A stretch of DNA of 11,877 nt from NCBI GenBank assembly GCA_964600515.1, contig CAZRKD010000028.1, positions 1-11,877 on the forward strand. Direction: 5' to 3'. Every line of letters begins with the position of its first letter. The first letter of the stretch is position 1. The DNA comes from an uncultured bacterium. Lineage in GTDB: Bacteria > Bdellovibrionota_F > JAHFAK01. Shown here one piece after another: positions 7,134-11,877 of the stretch. Under the pieces are notes generated by a model, which made no database searches, had not been told where the DNA came from, and saw nothing but the letters and a program-made list of their open reading frames with translations. A program made the translations under genes and the position numbers.

Positions 7134-7148
7134 AAAAATTAATAAAAC

Positions 7149-7176
7149 ACTATGATTTTTGTAGAAAATAAGTCAA
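7149..7176 (-). promoter_or_regulatory. Candidate sigma70-type promoter for tRNA-Ser
   Basis: On the minus strand: TTGACT (plus coordinates 7171-7176), a 16-nt spacer, and CATAGT (7149-7154). The predicted TSS lies about 9 nt upstream of the mature tRNA 5' end. Found by eye. Confidence 0.3.
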
Positions 7177-7196
7177 GCGAGAGGTAGTACAAAATA

Positions 7197-7234
7197 TGCC
7201 CCATCCCAAATGAGTTCATTTGTTGGTCTGCACC
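7197..7234 (-). repeat. Copy 3 of the 38-nt repeat (minus orientation). It is non-coding and sits between the divergent tRNA-Ser and ABC-transporter promoters.
   Basis: The reverse complement reads ggtgcagaccaacaaatgaactcatttgggatggggca. It preserves the same frame (GADQQMNSFGMGH) but is not part of an ORF: a TGA lies 19 codons upstream, with no start codon in between. Confidence 0.8.
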
Positions 7235-7238
7235 TTTA

Positions 7239-7268
7239 TTGACCTTGGGATTTTTCTTGCGATAGATT
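7239..7268 (+). promoter_or_regulatory. Candidate promoter for the ABC transporter operon, possibly giving a leaderless or near-leaderless mRNA
   Basis: TTGACC (7239-7244), an 18-nt spacer, and TAGATT (7263-7268). The ATG at 7275 has no SD sequence, so a TSS at or near the ATG is plausible. Low confidence. Confidence 0.25.
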
Positions 7269-7274
7269 GCGTGT

Positions 7275-8021
7275 ATGATTAGTCTTCATGCTGTTTCAAA
7301 AGCCTATGATGGAAAAGTCATAGTTCATAATCTTACAACATCGTTTCACAAAGAGAAGATCCATATACTTCTTGGCCCAAGCGGTTCAGGTAAAACAACA
7401 ATCTTACGGCTTATTATGGGGCTTATTGAACCTGATACGGGTGAAATACAGATTAATGATACAATTGTATCACGGCAGAAGCATAGGGATATTGCTTCAC
7501 AGATTGGTTATGTAATTCAAGAAAGTGGATTATTCCCTCATTTGTCAGCAAAAGAAAATGTTACGTTAGTAGCAAAGCTCCGGGGTTGGAAAAAAGAATC
7601 GATACAAAAAAGATTAGAAGAACTCTTGCGGCTCGTTAATCTTGATAATGATAGTATACGACGTTATCCACAAGAACTTTCGGGAGGCCAGCGTAAACGT
7701 GTGAGTCTCATGCGTGCGTTGATGCTCGATCCTCCCTATCTCTTGCTCGATGAACCGTTAGGCGCACTTGATCCTATCATTCGCTCAGAACTTCAAGCTG
7801 AGCTCAAAAGGATTTTTTCAGTACTTAAGAAAACCGTCATTCTCGTAACCCACGATATTAATGAAGCCGCTCTTTTTGGAGATACGATTAGCCTTTTTCA
7901 TCAAGGAGCTATTATTCAACAAGGTACATTCGAGGAGCTTTGTATAAAACCAACGACTACTTTTGTGACTCAATTTATTGATGCGCAAAAGCCACCTCAA
8001 AATATACGGAAATTTTTATGA
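7275..8021 (+). CDS. Osmoprotectant (glycine betaine/choline/carnitine-type) ABC transporter ATP-binding protein, OpuCA/YehX-like, lacking C-terminal CBS domains
   Basis: 248 aa with Walker A GPSGSGKTT, Q-loop, signature LSGGQRKRV, Walker B LLLDEP and H-loop THD. It ends TGA overlapping the next gene's ATG (ATGA). Confidence 0.8.
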   Translation: MISLHAVSKAYDGKVIVHNLTTSFHKEKIHILLGPSGSGKTTILRLIMGLIEPDTGEIQINDTIVSRQKHRDIASQIGYVIQESGLFPHLSAKENVTLVAKLRGWKKESIQKRLEELLRLVNLDNDSIRRYPQELSGGQRKRVSLMRALMLDPPYLLLDEPLGALDPIIRSELQAELKRIFSVLKKTVILVTHDINEAALFGDTISLFHQGAIIQQGTFEELCIKPTTTFVTQFIDAQKPPQNIRKFL

Positions 8022-9499
8022 AATATCTCACTCTTATGAGTTTTTTTCTTTTGTTTATTTCTCAATCATTCGGTCAAGAAACACGAGATAAAACTATTGT
8101 CGTTGGTTCAAAAACATTTACCGAGAGTTATATCCTCGCCGAAATTATTGCGGAAGTTATCGAAGATGTTGGCGAGGCAAAGGTAGAGCGGCGTTTTGGG
8201 CTTGGAGGAACGGGCATAGTGTTTACCGCGCTTGAAACGGGCGAAATAGATATTTATCCCGAATATACAGGAACAATCACCGAAGTAATTATTAAAAATC
8301 CAACGATTACTTCGGTTAAAGATATTCGTGAGGCTTTAGCGAATAAAAATCTCATTATCAGTGAATCGTTAGGATTCAATAATACCTATGCGATTGCGCT
8401 TAAACGAAGCACGGCCGAAAAATTACACATTAAAACAATAACTGATCTTATGAAACATCCCGGAATTCTTGTTGGTTTTAGCCATGAATTTTTAAAACGA
8501 AATGACGGTTTCCCAGCTCTCGAGAAAGCATATGGATTAAATCTTACGAATGTCATTGGAATTCAACATGGGCTTGCCTATACGGCAATTGAGAGCGGCA
8601 AGATTGAGTTAACCGATATTTATTCTACCGATGCAAAACTCACAAAATTCGATTTAGAAATTTTAAAAGATGATCATAATTTTTTTCCACAATACTATGC
8701 CGTTCTCTTTGCTCGAAAAAAACTTGCCGAAGAATTCCCGAAAACATGGCATGCGCTTCAAAAACTTGAAGGAAGAATACGTGATGAAAAAATGCAAGAG
8801 CTCAATGCCCGAGCTGAAATAGATAAAAAGACCTTTCAAGAAGTTGCACTCGAATTTAGAGGGGAATTACGCAAAGGCACTCAGTCGAGTTTTTTAAAAA
8901 AATTATGGGAGGTAAGCCTCGAGCATTTGTATTTAGTCATGATTTCTCTTGTTGCTGCGATCTTTATTGGGGTACCATTAGGAATAATAGCAACGCGATA
9001 TCAATTGCTCGGGCAGGCAATATTACTCGTCAGCGGATTACTGCAGACAATCCCATCGCTGGCACTCCTTTGTTTTCTTATCCCATTTTTTGGCATTGGT
9101 ACATTGCCATCACTTGTCGCTCTTTTTTTATACGGACTCTTACCTATTGTTCGCAATACCTACAGCGGTATAATTTCATTAGATCCACACTATCGAGAAA
9201 CTGCACGGGCACTTGGGCTTACTCACGTGGAAGAGTTACGATTTGTTGAACTTCCCTTAGCTTCAATTACGCTTATTTCGGGTATAAAAACATCGGCGGT
9301 TATCAATGTTGGTACAGCAACCCTCGCAGCACTCATTGGTGCGGGTGGTTATGGCAAATTAATTATTACCGGCTTAGCACTGAACGATATTCCCACGATT
9401 CTCTCCGGTGCCATCCCTGCTGCCCTTATGGCGCTCGTTATCCATGCATGCTTTGAAGTACTTGATAGAATTATTATTCCAAAGGGGATTAGATTATAA
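8018..9499 (+). CDS. Fused substrate-binding protein and permease of an OpuC/YehZ-YehW-type osmoprotectant ABC importer (N-terminal periplasmic binding domain, C-terminal TMD)
   Basis: 493 aa. The signal peptide is MKYLTLMSFFLLFISQSFG|QE. An OpuAC-family binding domain follows ('VVGSKTFTESYILAEIIAEVIED', as in OpuCC/YehZ). After residue 300 come about 6 TM helices with an EAA-loop-like 'ETARALGLTHVEELRFVELPLA' typical of BPD_transp_1 permeases. Confidence 0.8.
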   Translation: MKYLTLMSFFLLFISQSFGQETRDKTIVVGSKTFTESYILAEIIAEVIEDVGEAKVERRFGLGGTGIVFTALETGEIDIYPEYTGTITEVIIKNPTITSVKDIREALANKNLIISESLGFNNTYAIALKRSTAEKLHIKTITDLMKHPGILVGFSHEFLKRNDGFPALEKAYGLNLTNVIGIQHGLAYTAIESGKIELTDIYSTDAKLTKFDLEILKDDHNFFPQYYAVLFARKKLAEEFPKTWHALQKLEGRIRDEKMQELNARAEIDKKTFQEVALEFRGELRKGTQSSFLKKLWEVSLEHLYLVMISLVAAIFIGVPLGIIATRYQLLGQAILLVSGLLQTIPSLALLCFLIPFFGIGTLPSLVALFLYGLLPIVRNTYSGIISLDPHYRETARALGLTHVEELRFVELPLASITLISGIKTSAVINVGTATLAALIGAGGYGKLIITGLALNDIPTILSGAIPAALMALVIHACFEVLDRIIIPKGIRL

Positions 9500-10264
9500 T
9501 CCAAACAGACATTTCGTATTTTCTTCAGTAATAGTATCTATTTCTTCAAGAGTTTTATTCTTAATTCGTGCGACTTCTTCGGCAATATATTTTACATACG
9601 CTGGTTCATTGCGTTTACCACGAAAGGGAACGGGGGCTAGGAATGGAGCGTCAGTTTCAATGAGAATGCGATCGAGCGGTACGTGTTTACAGGTTTCTTT
9701 AAGCGCATCGGTTTTTTTAAATGTGAGTATTCCAGAAAATGAAATAGAGAAACCAAGATCAAGAAAGAGCTGTGCGTGTTCTCTCGTTCCCGTAAAGCAA
9801 TGAATCACGCCGCGCAAGTGATTATTTTTACAGTATGAAGCAATTATCTCATGTGCTTCGATAAATGCATCACGGACATGGACAATAATGGGAAGTTGTA
9901 ATTCCAGTGCAAGCTCAATTTGTTCTCGGAAAACTTTCTGCTGCATATCCCGCGAACTTGCGTTGTAATAAAAATCGAGTCCAATTTCACCGATTGCTAC
10001 AAATCGCTTATGTGAATTTACGATTTTTTTTATGTTTGTTCTAGACTCAGGTGAGAATGAATCAGCACGATGGGGATGAATGCCTATACTAGAATAGATA
10101 AAATCATATGCATTAAGTAACTCAGCTGTTTTAGTGTCGGCGAGATTATCCGTACATGCTAACGATAGCATTTTTGTGATCCCAGCGGCCTTTGCTCGGC
10201 CTATTACGAGAGTTCGATCGCTATCAAATGCATCAAGGTCAAGATGGCAATGACTATCAATCAT
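9494..10264 (-). CDS. tatD: TatD-family metal-dependent hydrolase/DNase
   Basis: 256 aa. It has an N-terminal 'MIDSHCHLD' and conserved His/Glu/Asp blocks (..IGEIGLD.., ..PIIVHVRDA.., ..GVIHCFTG.., ..ILIETDAPFL..). Its stop overlaps the permease stop by 6 nt (convergent). Confidence 0.85.
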   Translation of the reverse strand: MIDSHCHLDLDAFDSDRTLVIGRAKAAGITKMLSLACTDNLADTKTAELLNAYDFIYSSIGIHPHRADSFSPESRTNIKKIVNSHKRFVAIGEIGLDFYYNASSRDMQQKVFREQIELALELQLPIIVHVRDAFIEAHEIIASYCKNNHLRGVIHCFTGTREHAQLFLDLGFSISFSGILTFKKTDALKETCKHVPLDRILIETDAPFLAPVPFRGKRNEPAYVKYIAEEVARIKNKTLEEIDTITEENTKCLFGL

Positions 10265-10292
10265 GATGTTTCGTTCGTAATTCCATAGTTAT

Positions 10293-10318
10293 AAGTGGGA
10301 AACATATATCTCCCACTT
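10293..10318. other. Perfect 8-bp-stem hairpin (AAGTGGGA-N10-TCCCACTT) in the PSP1-tatD intergenic spacer
   Basis: It is seen directly in the sequence, 4 nt downstream of the PSP1 stop on the minus strand. The minus-strand 3' flank is not U-rich (ATAACTATGG), so it is more likely an RNA stability or processing element, or a weak terminator, than a canonical intrinsic terminator. On the plus strand it is followed by TTTCTCT. Confidence 0.35.
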
Positions 10319-10321
10319 TCT

Positions 10322-11260
10322 CTAGCTTACTTTCTCCTCCTGGGTTTTATGAGGGTTAAACGATTTTATTTTTGGTATGCCCGGGGATTCCTCAACGTCT
10401 CGATAATTATCTTCAATTCGACGTAACATATCTCGTCCAAGTATTTTCTCAGGTGTATCTTCCGGAGCAGCTTGAATTACTTTTCTAACTCCACAGGCTG
10501 AAATTGTTTTGATGGTTCCGTCTTTTGTTTCAATCGTAATTTGTCGTGGAAGAATGTTGAGATATTTGACTTTGCACTCTCCATCTTCGCTTGTTGCAAT
10601 AAGATCATTGACCTTTGGTAGGCCTTGTGAACAATTACAATAATTTTTTTCTTCGTATGATAGACAACATTTTAATTTTCCACATAAGCCCGTGAGTTTC
10701 GTGGGATTCATTGATAGGCCTTGATTTTTAGCGGCACTAACTGCAAGCGGAGAAAAAGAATTAATATAGCGATTACAGCAGAGTTGTTGTCCGCATGGAC
10801 CAATACCTCCAATTTGTTTTGTTTCTTCGCGAGGACCAATTTGCATCATCTGAATACGTGTATGTAATTCTTGTGCAAGATCTTTTACCAATTCTCGAAA
10901 ATCGACTCGATTATCAGATGTATAGAAAAACGTAGCTTGAGAGCCATTTGCATGAAATTCGACACGAGAGAGTTTCATGGTGAGATTTCTTTCTTTAATT
11001 TTATCCAAACAATAATTAAATGCTTGAACTTGCCGTTTTTCATTGTGTGCTTCACGTTCCAAATCTTCTTTTGTTGCAACTCGTACAATACGATCACGTA
11101 TCTTTGTATCAGGAAGATTAATAATGAGCGAGATCTTGCCAACTTTGAGACCATCTTTTGTGTCTGCAACCACAAGATCACCAACGCGTATTTTAATATC
11201 AGAAGCATTAATACTTTCGGGCCGGATACTATTTTTAAATTTGACTTTCGCTATGCGCAT
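10322..11260 (-). CDS. ricT: PSP1 C-terminal-domain protein (YaaT/RicT-like)
   Basis: 312 aa. It has the diagnostic PSP1 cysteine motifs 'GPCGQQLCCNRY' and 'GLCGKLKCCLSYEE', an RBS AAGGAG 5 nt upstream, and a 26-nt overlap with the upstream holB. This matches the conserved holB-yaaT synteny of Firmicutes. Confidence 0.8.
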   Translation of the reverse strand: MRIAKVKFKNSIRPESINASDIKIRVGDLVVADTKDGLKVGKISLIINLPDTKIRDRIVRVATKEDLEREAHNEKRQVQAFNYCLDKIKERNLTMKLSRVEFHANGSQATFFYTSDNRVDFRELVKDLAQELHTRIQMMQIGPREETKQIGGIGPCGQQLCCNRYINSFSPLAVSAAKNQGLSMNPTKLTGLCGKLKCCLSYEEKNYCNCSQGLPKVNDLIATSEDGECKVKYLNILPRQITIETKDGTIKTISACGVRKVIQAAPEDTPEKILGRDMLRRIEDNYRDVEESPGIPKIKSFNPHKTQEEKVS

Positions 11261-11830
11261 AGAGACTCCTTAATCTTAAATGTAAATTGGTTAATGTTAA
11301 TTGAACATTACAATTTTCTTTAATTCTTTTCTCAAGTGATAGACTGTAATCAATACACTGGAAAAGTCTTTCGTCATAATGAATGTCAGAATTATTATGT
11401 GCTCCAATACGATCTTTCAAGCACATAAGTACCTCGCCGACATATTCCTTAAGTGTTTCTTTATCTTTAATGAGAAGAGCGTTTTCGGCAAGGGAATCGG
11501 CTGTATGGAAATTGAGATTATATGCTTTCTTTTCACCTGCAGTATTTTCTTTAGGTAAAGAAGATAAAGCTTGGGCCTTCAAGATACAGCTTCGTGATTG
11601 AATCGTCGGCAGTATCGCTCGTTTCGTATGGGCAATAAAAAACATAATAGTATTCGGTGGCGGTTCTTCGATTGTTTTTAAAAGTGCATTTTGTGTTTGG
11701 ATATTCATCGTATCTGCATCATCGATGATTACAATTTTATAACGTGCTTCAAGCGGTGCAAAATCAAGAAATGCTATAATTTCCCGTGCCGATGCGATGC
11801 GAATCATGTCTTTCTCAGATGTAATAATAC
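11235..11830 (-). CDS. holB: DNA polymerase III delta' subunit (HolB; clamp-loader AAA+), N-terminally truncated by the contig end/adapter
   Basis: 'KIVIIDDADTMNIQTQNALLKTIEEPPPNTIMFFIA' and 'TIQSRSCILK' are the Walker-B/sensor-1 region and the SRC motif of clamp-loader subunits. The reading frame stays open upstream of the track's ATG (11807) to 11830 (..GIITSEKD-MIRIAS..), where adapter sequence begins. The Walker-A N-terminus is missing. Confidence 0.7.
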
Positions 11831-11877
11831 CTGTCTCTTATACACATCTGACGCTGCCGACGATCTTACGCGTGTAG
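11831..11877. other. Illumina Nextera adapter read-through: Tn5 mosaic end, read-1 adapter, i5 index and start of P5. A non-biological artefact.
   Basis: CTGTCTCTTATACACATCT (11831-11849) is the Tn5 mosaic end. GACGCTGCCGACGA (11850-11863) is the reverse complement of the TCGTCGGCAGCGTC primer tail. TCTTACGC (11864-11871) is the reverse complement of i5 index GCGTAAGA, which I recall as S517/N517 and which should be verified. GTGTAG (11872-11877) starts GTGTAGATCTCGGTGGTCGCCGTATCATT. Confidence 0.92.

Overview
This is a compact, AT-rich bacterial chromosomal segment in the standard genetic code. TGA and TAA stops are used at overlapping ATGA/TTAG gene junctions. It carries 15 protein-coding genes (two truncated at the window edges) and one tRNA. 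I found no rRNA, CRISPR array, transposase or integrase. Gene order: partial AbiEi-like antitoxin C-terminus, an AbiEii/AbiGii-family nucleotidyltransferase, and a translationally coupled DoxX membrane protein (+); a DUF985 cupin and an SPFH/band-7 protein (-); the nrfH-nrfA cytochrome c nitrite reductase operon (+); pyrF (-); dCMP deaminase (+); a 279-aa orphan hypothetical (-) directly downstream of tRNA-Ser(GCT) (-); a two-gene OpuC/YehZYXW-type osmoprotectant ABC importer made of an ATPase and a fused binding-protein-permease (+); then tatD, a PSP1/RicT (YaaT-like) gene and a 5'-truncated holB (-). Three signals are not explained by ordinary annotation. First, a ~38-40 bp repeat family occurs in three copies (1462-1499 +, 4853-4890 -, 7197-7234 -). 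Two copies supply the last 13 codons (GADQLMxxFGMGH) and effectively the stop of two unrelated genes, DoxX and PyrF. Those two copies lie in inverted orientation around the SPFH-cupin-nrfHA block. The third copy is non-coding and sits between divergent promoters next to the tRNA. Second, the last 47 nt of the window (11831-11877) match an Illumina Nextera adapter read-through (mosaic end, i5 index and the start of the P5 tail). The contig end is therefore artefactual, and holB is truncated by assembly rather than by biology. Third, NrfA has a CXXCH rather than the canonical CXXCK active-site haem motif, and NrfH carries the CXXCHxM haem-1 motif. The genome is very compact, and three convergent gene pairs have overlapping stop codons.
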